Shown piece after piece: positions 45,804 to 56,318 of a DNA stretch of 64,000 nucleotides (positions are counted from its first letter, which is position 1; each line of letters begins with the position of its first letter). Where the stretch lies: the IMG/VR virus record IMGVR_UViG_3300003316_000301, positions 91,980-155,979 of that record, one strand, 5' to 3'. The stretch comes from a virus (Duplodnaviria; Caudoviricetes). The notes below the pieces were generated by a model that saw only the letters and a list, made by a program, of their open reading frames with translations, was not told the DNA's origin and did not search any database. Both the position numbers and the translations under genes were made by a program.

Positions 45804-48610
45804 TTGTAGAGCACCCCTCCGTTGATCTGGTCGTACGCCCAGAAGTACTGGAAGCCCGCCGTGCCGGTGCCCCGGATGCCCAGGCCGTAGCGGTTCGAGG
45901 CGAGCAGGGCGGCCGTGGTGTCGGTGGTGGAGCCGACCACGGTCCCGTTTTTAGAAACGGTGATCAGGCCGCTCTGATTGAAGGTGACCAGCATCTTGTC
46001 CCCGGCCGCGAAGTTCGACGACAGGGTGGCCAGGGTCGTCTGGGTGCCCGCGAGCACCCGGGTGATCTGCGAGTTGTTGATGAAGTAGTAGTTGTTCGCG
46101 TCCACGTACCGGCCGACCACTCCCATGCCGGTGGTCGGGGTGATGGAGGCGCTCCACTTCGTGTTGACCTGCTTGGCGCCCGAGGTCGCCCCGAGCAGGA
46201 CGTACGCCAGGGCGTAGCCGCCGGAGGCTCCGGTGAGCTGGAGGTTGCCCGCCACGCTGACCGTGGAGCCCGCGCCGGATCCCGACTGCACCGGCCACCA
46301 GGCCTCACCGGAGGCCGCGTTGCTCAGGGCACCCGTGGTCTTGAAGCCGTCGAAGCAGATCGGGCCCATGAAGATGATGTTGTTCAGCTTCGTGGTGGTC
46401 TGCGCGAGGTCGAAGCCCACGTAGGTGCCGGTGAGGTTCAGGGCCGCGCTGTTGAAGAACGCCGGGGTGCCGTTGACCGAGTCGACGTACATCACGTTCG
46501 CACCGGAGCAGGCCACGATGTGAGCGTGCGAAGTGTTGTTGAAGGGCAGCGATCCGAGCGAGGTCAGGGTGACCGAGTTGCCGCCCGCCACGGTGTAGAC
46601 GTTGGAGGCGTCTCCGGCGGCCTTGGTGGCCAGTGAGACGGTGTCCGCCGCCTGGTCGAGGATCACGTACCCCGCAGCCGCCGCAGAGCCTGTGGCGCCC
46701 GTGTGGCGGATCGCGAGCATCATCTTGTTCGTGGTCCCCGAGGGGAACGTGGCCGCGAAGTAGAAGTTCTGCCGGGGCTGGTAGAAGTTCTTCAGGATCC
46801 CCAGACCGCCCGCGTAGCCCTTGTAGGCGTTGTGGTCGGCGCCCACGTACCACTGGGGGCCGGACGGGTACGGCGACTGGTCGGAGAAGGCCAGCGGCCG
46901 GTAGGTGTACGGCTGGAAGTCGAAGTCGGCGATGCCCAGGGAGCCGTCGCCCGGATCCTGGTGGTAGAAGTAGTCGATGATCCCGACCGGGTTGGGGCTG
47001 GTGAACGGCTGCTCCACCGTGTTGTTGACGATCAGGCCGTAGCTGGCCAGCGCCTGCACCAGGGAGCGCACGGTGGCGTTGCCGTCGTCGGAGCCGCCCA
47101 CGGTCTGGAGCACGTTGCCCGCGACCCCGTAGAAGCCGATCCGGCTGTCCGAGGAGCCCAGGGACGCCAGGCCGTAGTTCTGGAGCGAGCCGGTGATCGT
47201 GGTGATCGAGCCGTCGTGGCCCAGCATCACCTGGTTGGCGCTCGTGGTCGCCGAGAAGGCCCCCAGCGCCACGGAGTTGTTGTGCGTGGTGTCCACGAGG
47301 GCGTTCTGGCCGATGGCCACACCGGAGGGTGCCAGGGCCTGGGCCCCCGAGCCGATGGCGACGCCGTACGTGCCCGAGGGGCCCACCGTGGCGCCCGAAC
47401 CCACTGCCGCTCCGTAGTCGGCCCCGGCCACCGCCGTCTTGCCGACGGCCACCGCCTCCAGCCCGTTGGCGTTGGCGTTGTACCCGATGGCGACCCAGCC
47501 CGTCTGGGTGGCTGATCCGGTCGCTCCGGCTCCGGCGGCCAGGGAGTTGTCCGTGGTGGCGCTGGCGTTCATACCGGCGGCCAGGGAGCTGGCGCCGGAG
47601 GCCGTGGCGTTGTACCCGAAGGCGCTCGCGCTGGTGCCCGTGGCATCCGCCGAGGCCCCTACGGCCGTCGCCTGGGTGGCCGTGGCCGTGGCACCAGTGC
47701 CGAGGGCCACCGAGTTCGTGCCGGTGCCGTTGTGGTTGTGTGGCGGGATGTTGCCGCCGTACTGGGAGACGTAGCCCGTCATCCAGACGTCGTGGGTTCC
47801 CGCGACGAAGGTCGTCTGGCCGGTGTACGTGAACAGCGGGGTCCAGGTACCGGCGGCCAGGTCGAAGGAGTAGAAGCCCCAGTCCTGGGTCTGCGAGACG
47901 GTGGCCAGGGTGGTCTGGACGGCCGAGGGGTTGACGACCTTCATGGTGAAGGTCTCCGTGGCCGACAGGGAGGACTTGACCCACAGGGACAGACGTCCGG
48001 CCTCCAGAAGGGTGAACGTCGGTCCGGTGAGGGCCACCGAGCCGCTGTTCGCGTTCTGGGTCATCTTCAGCGAGTAGCTGTAGTTCGTGTCCGGCGGGAT
48101 CGTCAGGGGGTCGTAGGAGTGGGTCGCTCCCCCGCTCTGCACGAACGACCAGTCCACCGGGTCGGATCCGGAGTTGAAGGACTGGGAGGAAACCACGACG
48201 ACCGGGGTGAGCCCGGTACCGGCCGGAGGGTTTCCCCACTGGGCCTGCCCGGCCGTCGCGGTGCTCAGGAGAACCTGGCCCGAGGTGGATGGCTGGTTGA
48301 CGATCTCCATCGGCACCGTGGAGGAGACGATCTCCTCCGGCGGGGGCGGAGCATCCAGGTAGACCAGGATGTCGTCCACCGACTCGTGCTCGACCAGGAT
48401 GGACATCCGCTGCGGGGTGTCCAGCCAGAAGTCGATCACACCGTTGGTGGCCGTGAAGGGATTCGCGAGCTGGTCGTCCCCCGTGGGCCCGGCATACAGC
48501 GGCTGCCCGATCGCGACCGAGTAGTTCACCTCGCGCACGGTCACCGCCGCGTTGTACAGCAGGTTGCCCTCGCGGTCGGTGATGGGGCGGAACAGGTGTG
48601 CACGGGCCAC
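45800..48610 (-). CDS. tail fibre with YadA-head-like repeats
   Basis: About ten 14-residue (S/A)xAxGxxAxA repeats; beta-rich C-terminus. Confidence 0.75.
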   Translation of the reverse strand: MARAHLFRPITDREGNLLYNAAVTVREVNYSVAIGQPLYAGPTGDDQLANPFTATNGVIDFWLDTPQRMSILVEHESVDDILVYLDAPPPPEEIVSSTVPMEIVNQPSTSGQVLLSTATAGQAQWGNPPAGTGLTPVVVVSSQSFNSGSDPVDWSFVQSGGATHSYDPLTIPPDTNYSYSLKMTQNANSGSVALTGPTFTLLEAGRLSLWVKSSLSATETFTMKVVNPSAVQTTLATVSQTQDWGFYSFDLAAGTWTPLFTYTGQTTFVAGTHDVWMTGYVSQYGGNIPPHNHNGTGTNSVALGTGATATATQATAVGASADATGTSASAFGYNATASGASSLAAGMNASATTDNSLAAGAGATGSATQTGWVAIGYNANANGLEAVAVGKTAVAGADYGAAVGSGATVGPSGTYGVAIGSGAQALAPSGVAIGQNALVDTTHNNSVALGAFSATTSANQVMLGHDGSITTITGSLQNYGLASLGSSDSRIGFYGVAGNVLQTVGGSDDGNATVRSLVQALASYGLIVNNTVEQPFTSPNPVGIIDYFYHQDPGDGSLGIADFDFQPYTYRPLAFSDQSPYPSGPQWYVGADHNAYKGYAGGLGILKNFYQPRQNFYFAATFPSGTTNKMMLAIRHTGATGSAAAAGYVILDQAADTVSLATKAAGDASNVYTVAGGNSVTLTSLGSLPFNNTSHAHIVACSGANVMYVDSVNGTPAFFNSAALNLTGTYVGFDLAQTTTKLNNIIFMGPICFDGFKTTGALSNAASGEAWWPVQSGSGAGSTVSVAGNLQLTGASGGYALAYVLLGATSGAKQVNTKWSASITPTTGMGVVGRYVDANNYYFINNSQITRVLAGTQTTLATLSSNFAAGDKMLVTFNQSGLITVSKNGTVVGSTTDTTAALLASNRYGLGIRGTGTAGFQYFWAYDQINGGVLYK

Positions 48611-48629
48611 AGGAATCCTCCTCGGTCTT

Positions 48630-48666
48630 CACCCCTTCACGGGACTGGATCAGGCCGGGACATCAG
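48630..48666 (-). promoter_or_regulatory. candidate late promoter CTGATGTC-N20-GAAGGGGTG
   Basis: Three-copy bipartite motif. Confidence 0.65.
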
Positions 48667-49439
48667 ATCGCGGCCGTGTTCAGGCTCCCGTCGTCGTTGA
48701 TCGTGATCAGCCACTCCTGGCCTCCCGGAGCCGTCATGACGATGCCGGACCCGGCGGGGATCACCGTGCGGTCGGCGGCCGTACCGATCACGATCCGGTT
48801 GTCCCCGTCCGCCACCGCGTCGGCACCGATGGCCGTCGAGTGGGCCCAGGCGGCCGTAGAGCCCTCTCCCAGGGCCGTGGAGGACGTCCCGGAGGCCGAG
48901 GCACCGTATCCCAGTGCCACGCCGGAATCGCCCGTCACAGAGGCGCTGCGGCCCACGGCGGTACCCGAGGCGTTCTGGACCGTGGCGGCCGGTCCCACCG
49001 TCGTGGAGAAGTCCCCGAGGCCGTTGGTGGTCGGGCCGACGGCCACCGCGTTGTTCCCGGCAGCCGAGGCGCTGTTGCCCAGGGCCACGGCGGAGTCCCC
49101 GGCGCTCGCCGCCCCGTTGCCGATGACGAGGGAGAAGGGGCCGGAGCCCGTGTGAGCCGAGTCGGACCCGGCCGCGAGGATGTCCACGTCCTCGTAGAAC
49201 TGCATCGGCAGGTTCCCCTGGACGATGCCGATGCGCACGCGGGTGGGCTGGTCCAGGTAGACGTCGATGATGCCCGTGGAGGAGACGTACGGGTTCGACA
49301 GCACATTGCTGCCGGTGTCCGTGGAGTACACCACCTGACTGATGAGCGTGGTGGTGGCCGGTTCGAACAGGGAGACCTGAACGTTCGGCAGCAGGTCTCC
49401 CTGCTCGTCGGTGACGGGCCGGGTGAAGTGGGCGCGCAC
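48663..49439 (-). CDS. short tail fibre with YadA-head-like repeats
   Basis: Shared N-domain plus SVALG/AVAVG repeats. Confidence 0.72.
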   Translation of the reverse strand: MRAHFTRPVTDEQGDLLPNVQVSLFEPATTTLISQVVYSTDTGSNVLSNPYVSSTGIIDVYLDQPTRVRIGIVQGNLPMQFYEDVDILAAGSDSAHTGSGPFSLVIGNGAASAGDSAVALGNSASAAGNNAVAVGPTTNGLGDFSTTVGPAATVQNASGTAVGRSASVTGDSGVALGYGASASGTSSTALGEGSTAAWAHSTAIGADAVADGDNRIVIGTAADRTVIPAGSGIVMTAPGGQEWLITINDDGSLNTAAI

Positions 49440-49448
49440 GGTCTCTCC

Positions 49449-52400
49449 TTACGAGCCGGTGTAGACGAACGAGGACGGCATGATCGAGGTGTCCGGAGCG
49501 GCCGGGGATCCCTCGTCCACGCCCTCGGGAACGGAGTCCGGCAGGAAGGACCGGGACGGGACCGGGGTCGGCGAGAGGTTCTGGCGGACCCACTGGCGGT
49601 AGATGTACCACCAGTCCTGCGGGATCGCCTGGTGCCAGGCCTTGAACATCGGGTCGTCGGTGACGTCCGGGTTCTGGTCCAGGGGCGTGAGGTTGGGTCC
49701 GCCCTTCTGGACCGTGTACTTGGTCGGCATCCCCATCATCACCGAGTCGAACCAGGGCCGGATCTGGAGGGCCGAGATGCTCAGGTCCGGCGCTGCGCCG
49801 GTGACCCTCCACACGATCGACGAGCCGCCGGTGGGTGCCTGCTGGTCGCCGTCCGGGAAGAGGAACACCCCATGGGGGTCGTTGCGGATGTCCCAGACGG
49901 GCCAGAAGGTCTGGCCGTTGTCCCGGGAGAACTCCCACATGATCGCGTCGTTGAAGACGGAGATGTTGTCGACGTACCAGACGTCGGCCGTGGCCTGGTC
50001 CTGGAAGAGCTGGACCTTCACGTCGTAGACGTCGCGGACCACCTCACCGGCGCCCACGTCGTTCCAGGTGCCGACCAGCTCCAGGCCGTCCCAGTCGGCC
50101 GCGAGGGCTTCCACCTCGGTCCAGGTGTTGGTGCCCGCCGGGACCCCGCCGGTGCCGATGTTGTACTCCACCGACCACTCCACCACCTGCCCGGCGGAGG
50201 CCGTGGCCGACTCCTGCGCGAGCACCGTGCCGTCTCCGTTGAGGAGCTGGAGCCGCACGGGGGCCGTGAGGGTCGCCGGGGCCAGGATGCGGGCCGCCGC
50301 GTAGAGCTTGCCGATAGGGCTCACAGCGAGGGGCTGGAAGGACTGGATACCCCCGGTGGACGCCGGGGAGATGTTGCCCTCCACGAACTCGTACGTGGGC
50401 TTGTACGGGTTCGGGTCCAGGTCCTCGATCTGGTTCCAGGTGCCGTTCTCCTCCATGGAGGACCAGGTGACCGGCTCACCGGCACGGGTGATCTTCACCA
50501 GGGATCCGACGTCGGTGTTGAAGTACGGGTCCGGCACGATCGTGGCGTCCCCGAGAGGCTGCCAGTACTGGAGCGAGGTGTCGTCGAAGTCGGGGTCGAT
50601 CAGGAGCTGCTTGGGCGGGGACTGCGTGGTGGCGAACTGGAGGCCCCGCACCACCCGGAAGCTGTTCAGGGGCCTGGAGGTCATGGTGACCGGTGCCCCG
50701 AGGGCGGAGTCCGTGTAGATGCCGTTCTCGCCCAGGGACCAGTTCGGGGTGCCCTCTACGTAGATCAGGTCCTTGTCGTCGTGGAACAGCTCCAGGTACT
50801 GGTCCTCGTCGTCGGCGATCTGCCGGTTCTGCCGGTACATGACGATCTTGGACAGGCCGACGAAGTACGCCACCCGCTTGTTCGTCTCGACCGTGACCGT
50901 CTCGTAGTAGTGGCGGCCGGAGCCCGACTGCCGGGGCATCGTCGGCTTGGGGTTCTGCTGGCTGAAGTTCCAGTACGGAGCCGTCTGGGCCATCAGCGAG
51001 GCGCCCTGGGGGTCCTTGACGTACTGAGCCTCGGTCGGCAGGAATGTCGTGGACGTGGTGGTCGTCGGAGAGGTCGCCGAGGAGCCGTTGGCCGTCAGCC
51101 GGTTCTGGTCCTGGAAGCGGTTGGTGACGGCCACGTTCTGGTTGACGACCACACCGGATCCGCCGGTGTTCGAGGAGGTGGCCGTGGCCTTCTCGATCGG
51201 AGAGGTGGTGGTCTGCCGGTGGGCGAACACCTTGGCCGTCAGGACCACCGGCTGGTCCGTCTCGTACGGCTCCGCGATGAGGTTCGAGAACTCCAGCTTG
51301 AAGAACTTCGCCTTGGTCGGGTCGAAGTCGTAGAAGCCCTTCTTGAGCTGGTAGTCCCGGCCGATCGGGGTCCAGTTCAGGTCCTCGTAGACCACCCCGG
51401 GACCGCCGAGGAAGCCGTAGGGGTTCAGGGAGTCGATCCCGTCCGTGCGCTGCGAGGGGTCGTAGCGCAGGATCGCGTTGTCCGTGGTCTGGGCCCCCAT
51501 GGGGTACTCCGGGGTCACCACGAAGCCTGAGGGGTCCTGCCAGAACTTCACGAAGTCGTTGATGTCGTCCGGGTTGCCGGTCTTGATGTACATCGACCGC
51601 ATCCGGGCATTGGCCGGGATCGCGTCCTCGGGCTCGGCCGTGAGGTTGCCGCCGATCCGGAGAGTCAGCGGGCGCGCGGTGTCATCCGGGATGTCTCCGG
51701 AGACGGACTCGATGGAGAGGAACCTCGGGGTGTCGTCGGGGACGCTGATCGTCTCCGTGGAGAACACGACCGAGCCGTCTTCGAGAGTCTCCTCTGTGGT
51801 CTGCGTGACGTCGTCCTGCTCCCCGGTTTCCGGTACGGGGGTGAACAGGGTCAGGGTCGTGCCGTCGTACTGGAGCACGAAGCGCAGGCGCGCGTTGAAG
51901 TCGAAGACCAGCTCGGGGTAGCTCAGCAGGATCGTCCCCAGGGAGACCTGGAAGACGCCGTCCGAGGTGGTGCCGGTCGGGTCCGGGCCGAAGAAGATCT
52001 TCAGGACCCCGTCGTCGTAGATCACCGAGTCCCCGGTGTCCGACGAGGGGAACTGCGGCTGGACCTGCATGCCGATCTGGAAGGGCTTGCGGGGGTCGAA
52101 CTGGACCGCCTTGTTGTCCAGGTCCAGGAAGGCCGTGGTGGTGGGGAACTCGATCCCGGAGTCCGTAGAGGCGGGCATGGTCGCGCCGAAGGGCCGCGTG
52201 GCTGGGAAGGCCAGCGGGGTGCTCGGGGCCTTGAAGCGCGTCGGGTCAGGCTCGTCCAGCGAGTAGTAGAGGTTCATGGTGGACCCGGTGTGGATCGGGT
52301 CCAGGAAGAACTTCTCGATCACCTGGGGGTTGCCGGAGGAGTCCCGGGAATCCACGTAGAGGTTGACCACCGCCGTGGCGAGCGGCTGGGGACCGGACTT

Positions 52401-53144
52401 CCACAGACCCCGTCCGGCGAGCAGGTCGTCCGCCCGGTTCGAGCGCACCACGTACTCCACCGAGGACCCCAGGATGTCCGTGGTGGAGGCGATGGGGGCC
52501 GACTCGGTGGCCACGTCGCCGGAGCGGTTGACCACCGGCACATCGGTGGGGCTCGTGGCCTCGTAACCGATCGAGAAGTCCTTCACGCCGAGGCAGTAGT
52601 CGACCTTCTGGCGCAGGGTGTTGATGGGCACGGCGTTCGCCGGGATACGCGCGAGCACTACCCGGATCCGGGTCGCGGTGACCGGCTCGACCTTGATCCG
52701 GTAGGGCACCCAGTGCCCGGCGCCGAAGTGCTGGTAGTGGACCTTCGAGCCGCTGTTGACGCCCGAGGAGATGACCAGCGGGACGGACTCCTGGACCGCG
52801 ACCTCCGCCATCAGGCCGGAGGACTGCTTCATGGTCTGCCAGATCCCGAAGGCGTCCATGTACTGGATCCAGGCCCGGTGAGGGAAGTGCGCCAGGGAGA
52901 GGGAGATGACGTTGATCCGCTGAGGGGAGTTCAGCGAGATCTCCATGACCTCCCGGGTCCGGTCGCTGTTGGGCCGGGGAGGCGTGGACCAGAACTGCTG
53001 CTCCTGAGCCTCCCGCAGCCGGGCGATCCAGGCCGCGTTGAGCTTCAGGATCGCGATCAGCTTCTCCAGCGGCATGCCGTCCACGTAGAGCTTGGACAGC
53101 ACCGGCAGCCCGAGATCCCCCGGGAGGGTCTGGACGCTAGTCAT
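49449..53144 (-). CDS. large baseplate/minor tail protein
   Basis: 1231 aa, beta-rich, in the baseplate operon. Confidence 0.65.
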   Translation of the reverse strand: MTSVQTLPGDLGLPVLSKLYVDGMPLEKLIAILKLNAAWIARLREAQEQQFWSTPPRPNSDRTREVMEISLNSPQRINVISLSLAHFPHRAWIQYMDAFGIWQTMKQSSGLMAEVAVQESVPLVISSGVNSGSKVHYQHFGAGHWVPYRIKVEPVTATRIRVVLARIPANAVPINTLRQKVDYCLGVKDFSIGYEATSPTDVPVVNRSGDVATESAPIASTTDILGSSVEYVVRSNRADDLLAGRGLWKSGPQPLATAVVNLYVDSRDSSGNPQVIEKFFLDPIHTGSTMNLYYSLDEPDPTRFKAPSTPLAFPATRPFGATMPASTDSGIEFPTTTAFLDLDNKAVQFDPRKPFQIGMQVQPQFPSSDTGDSVIYDDGVLKIFFGPDPTGTTSDGVFQVSLGTILLSYPELVFDFNARLRFVLQYDGTTLTLFTPVPETGEQDDVTQTTEETLEDGSVVFSTETISVPDDTPRFLSIESVSGDIPDDTARPLTLRIGGNLTAEPEDAIPANARMRSMYIKTGNPDDINDFVKFWQDPSGFVVTPEYPMGAQTTDNAILRYDPSQRTDGIDSLNPYGFLGGPGVVYEDLNWTPIGRDYQLKKGFYDFDPTKAKFFKLEFSNLIAEPYETDQPVVLTAKVFAHRQTTTSPIEKATATSSNTGGSGVVVNQNVAVTNRFQDQNRLTANGSSATSPTTTTSTTFLPTEAQYVKDPQGASLMAQTAPYWNFSQQNPKPTMPRQSGSGRHYYETVTVETNKRVAYFVGLSKIVMYRQNRQIADDEDQYLELFHDDKDLIYVEGTPNWSLGENGIYTDSALGAPVTMTSRPLNSFRVVRGLQFATTQSPPKQLLIDPDFDDTSLQYWQPLGDATIVPDPYFNTDVGSLVKITRAGEPVTWSSMEENGTWNQIEDLDPNPYKPTYEFVEGNISPASTGGIQSFQPLAVSPIGKLYAAARILAPATLTAPVRLQLLNGDGTVLAQESATASAGQVVEWSVEYNIGTGGVPAGTNTWTEVEALAADWDGLELVGTWNDVGAGEVVRDVYDVKVQLFQDQATADVWYVDNISVFNDAIMWEFSRDNGQTFWPVWDIRNDPHGVFLFPDGDQQAPTGGSSIVWRVTGAAPDLSISALQIRPWFDSVMMGMPTKYTVQKGGPNLTPLDQNPDVTDDPMFKAWHQAIPQDWWYIYRQWVRQNLSPTPVPSRSFLPDSVPEGVDEGSPAAPDTSIMPSSFVYTGS

Positions 53145-54486
53145 GGGTGAGGACCGCCTTCCGGTCACCGGTGTACGGGTGGGCCACCAGGGAGCCGTCC
53201 GCGACCGTCTGGGCTGCCAGGGCCTGCTGGGCGCTCAGGACGCCCTTGCGGGCCGTGTAGGTCACCTGGGTGCCGTCCCGGTACACCACGACCTGGTCGT
53301 CCCGGAACGCGCTCCCTGTGGCGTCCTGGGGATCCAGGATGTTGGCCGGGTCCGGCGGGGCGAAGGTGTACGAGGTGGTTGCCGAGATCGAGCTGTTGTA
53401 GGTCCAGGTGCGGCCCTGCGAGGAGGCCCAGGGCGGCCGGGGCAGCACCCGGCGGATGTCGGCGGGGGTGATGCCCCCGGCCGCCTGGATGGGCGAGAGA
53501 GGGTAGACCTCCGCCGTCCCGCCGACGATCGTCGACTTCGGCTCGACCTTGGGGACGATCTCCCAGAACTCCGAGTCCGCCTGGAGACCGGAAATGTCCG
53601 TGGCCACGTACGGATCACCCATGTCCGGATCCACGGTGACGATCGTCCCGGCGGGCCGGAGCTTCTGGAGGACGCGCACGAGGGCGTTCTCCTCGCGCGG
53701 GAAGTCGTAGATGTGCTCCGGCGTGGAGGCGTAGTCCTTGCGGGGCCGTACAACGATCTCGGAGCGCGTGAGGGTGTTCGTCCGGCCGACCTGGATCGTG
53801 CCCTCCACCTTGTTCCAGGTGGAGGTGGAGGAGAAGGAGTTCCAGGTGGGGTACAGGGTCTGGGTCTCGTCCCAGGTGTTCGGCGTGGCGCTCACAACGT
53901 CGCCGTACGCGTCCAGGAGCTGCCAGGACTCGTAGATGTCCACCGGAGCCTGCACGATGGCCTGAGCGGCCTGCTGGAGGCCCGGAATGGTGCCTCCCAT
54001 GGAGATGGCCTTGGCCAGGTCCGCGATCCGCTCGCGGTACGAGGCGTCGGCCGCCTTGATCGAGTCCCACTCGTCCGGCGTGGCGACGTCGTCCATGGGG
54101 TTGATCGGGAGAACTTCCTGCTGTGACCGCAGAGCACCGAAGATTGCTCCGTAGAAGCGGTCCAGATCGAAGAAGTTTGCGCCGTAGAGGGCCGACTCCA
54201 GCCGGGTCACCATGGTGCGCTTGCGGAGCTGTCCGGCGCCCGCGTCCCCGAGCAGCACCTTGAGCAGGCGCACGAGAGCCGAGGTCTCCCGCAGGTCGTA
54301 CAGGTCTTCCGGGAAGTTCCGGAGCTGCTGCATGGTCGGAGCGTCCGGCAGCAGCATGTTCGTGGCGCGCTCGACGCCGGTGACCTGGGGACCGGCCGGG
54401 TCCGACTGGAGCGGGATGATTCCGGTCGGGGTGACGGCCGAGGTGTCGAAGAAGCTCGTCGACTGCTCGAAGATCGGGGTCGTCAT
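53137..54486 (-). CDS. baseplate wedge protein
   Basis: Follows baseplate J; DLDRFYG..FG..R, D.SYR.RI, GGT..G, L..LRPAG motifs. Confidence 0.7.
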   Translation of the reverse strand: MTTPIFEQSTSFFDTSAVTPTGIIPLQSDPAGPQVTGVERATNMLLPDAPTMQQLRNFPEDLYDLRETSALVRLLKVLLGDAGAGQLRKRTMVTRLESALYGANFFDLDRFYGAIFGALRSQQEVLPINPMDDVATPDEWDSIKAADASYRERIADLAKAISMGGTIPGLQQAAQAIVQAPVDIYESWQLLDAYGDVVSATPNTWDETQTLYPTWNSFSSTSTWNKVEGTIQVGRTNTLTRSEIVVRPRKDYASTPEHIYDFPREENALVRVLQKLRPAGTIVTVDPDMGDPYVATDISGLQADSEFWEIVPKVEPKSTIVGGTAEVYPLSPIQAAGGITPADIRRVLPRPPWASSQGRTWTYNSSISATTSYTFAPPDPANILDPQDATGSAFRDDQVVVYRDGTQVTYTARKGVLSAQQALAAQTVADGSLVAHPYTGDRKAVLTHD

Positions 54487-56315
54487 CAGTAGCTCCCGAA
54501 GCTGTTCTGGGCCTTCTGGGCGTAGATACCGCCGCCGAACTGCGGGACCTCGGAGTCGGTGAAGTTGACGTCCTTCGGGCGCCCGGTGGCATCCACGTAC
54601 GACGTCTGCACGGTCCCGGCCGTGGTGAGGCGCTGGATGCCCACCGCGAAGTTGTTCGTGGTGGGGAAGGTCCAGGTCGGGTAGTCCGCGCCGTTGAGGA
54701 AGCGGACGTTGTCCACGCCGGGCACATTGTGGACCACCTGGAGGACGTCGGAGACCTGCACCACGGCCGACAGGCCCAGCGAGTTGAGCCAGCCGGACAG
54801 GGCCGAGTTGACCGCCTGGTTGACCTGCGGCGGGTAGGCGTTGCGGTCGTACATCATCGCGAAGGAGAAGCGCAGGAGCGCGCTGGTGGCCTGGTGGGCG
54901 CGTACGTCGGTACCGGCCAGGCGCCAGGAGTCCAGTTCCTTCTGTACGGCCGTGGGGACATCGTTGTAGGTGTACGCCCCGTCCACGCCGAGGGTGAAGA
55001 CCGAGTTGTTCGCCGGGAGGGTCCCGGCGTTCCACTCCAGCCCGAACTGGGACATGGGGGTCCAGCCGTTCGAGGTGTTGTCGTGGACGATCTGGTAGGC
55101 GTACGTGACGCCGCCGGAGACGGTACCCATGGGGTTGGCCGCCGTGGCGAGGCCGTACGTGGTGGAGGCGATCGTGATCGTCGGGGAGACGGTGAGGATC
55201 GGTCCGTACGCCAGCGGGATGAACACGTTGCTCAGCGTCGGGTTGGTGCCGTCCGGCCGCACGAAGTTCGTCCGGTTCATGGCGCCGGAGGACGTGAAGA
55301 CCTTGGTGTTGCGGAAGACCATGGACTGCTGGGCGGCCACAGCCCTGCTGCCTGCACACCAGACGTCGACCCGGTTCAGGATCCCGTTCGCCGGATCCGA
55401 GCGGGAGGCGATCGGGGTGTACTGGTACTCCAGGTCGGCGATCGTGCCGTCCGGGATCGCCGTGGTGCTCAGGATGGTCACCGTCGGCGGGGTGGTGGCC
55501 GTGAAGGTGTAGTCGTGGCCGTTCACGTAGACATCGCCGTTGTCGATGTCCTGGCCCAGGAACACCGGGGTGCCGAAGACGTACTTGGCGTCGTTCACGG
55601 TGGAGGTGGCCCCGCCGGAGACCACCTGGACCTGCTCGCGGATCGACTTGGTGGCCGTGACCACCTGGGCCGCGAAGCAGTCCTCGTCGTTCAGCGCGAC
55701 ACCGAGGAACATGTCCTCGGTACCGGCCATGTTCCGGAAGACCGTGGCCTTCCAGCGGGCCCGCAGCGCGGTGTCCGTCTCCTGGTCCACACCGCCGGTG
55801 GTGGCCGCCGTGTTCGTCACCGAGGCGATGCCCTGGATCGGCGAGGACATGTTGGTGATCAGGTTCGGGCCGATGTTGCCCTCGGGGCCCGCGTCCACCG
55901 CCTGGATCGGCACGGTGACCGAGAGGGTGCCGACGTTCATGGTGGCGCCGGTGACCGTCTGGAAGATGATCCCGGTGTCCGTGGACGAGGTGATCTGGAA
56001 GTTGATCGGGATGAACACGATCGCGTCCGTGTTCTCTGAGCCCCGGGTGAAGGTGACCGTGCCGGTGGCCCGCTTGGCCGGAAGCCTCGCGATGCCGAAG
56101 AGCTGGCAGAAGGCGTCCAGGTCCGCATCGATCTTGGAGTCGATGTCGTACGTGTACGTCAGGAGGCTGTTCTCCAGGTACGCGTCCGCGATCGATCCGG
56201 CCACCGCGTCCAGGATCTTGGCGGCCGGGGTCCCTACGGAGGTGTCCAGCTCCGGCATGGAGGCGGCCAGGGCCGACTTCATCTGGGAGGCGATGTCCGC
56301 CTGAGTGGTCGCCAT
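54486..56315 (-). CDS. baseplate J-like protein
   Basis: LD.....FGI.R.PA..ATG.VTF, G.EGN, GG.DQETD..LRAR, VPGVDNV. Confidence 0.88.
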   Translation of the reverse strand: MATTQADIASQMKSALAASMPELDTSVGTPAAKILDAVAGSIADAYLENSLLTYTYDIDSKIDADLDAFCQLFGIARLPAKRATGTVTFTRGSENTDAIVFIPINFQITSSTDTGIIFQTVTGATMNVGTLSVTVPIQAVDAGPEGNIGPNLITNMSSPIQGIASVTNTAATTGGVDQETDTALRARWKATVFRNMAGTEDMFLGVALNDEDCFAAQVVTATKSIREQVQVVSGGATSTVNDAKYVFGTPVFLGQDIDNGDVYVNGHDYTFTATTPPTVTILSTTAIPDGTIADLEYQYTPIASRSDPANGILNRVDVWCAGSRAVAAQQSMVFRNTKVFTSSGAMNRTNFVRPDGTNPTLSNVFIPLAYGPILTVSPTITIASTTYGLATAANPMGTVSGGVTYAYQIVHDNTSNGWTPMSQFGLEWNAGTLPANNSVFTLGVDGAYTYNDVPTAVQKELDSWRLAGTDVRAHQATSALLRFSFAMMYDRNAYPPQVNQAVNSALSGWLNSLGLSAVVQVSDVLQVVHNVPGVDNVRFLNGADYPTWTFPTTNNFAVGIQRLTTAGTVQTSYVDATGRPKDVNFTDSEVPQFGGGIYAQKAQNSFGSY

Positions 56316-56318
56316 GGA

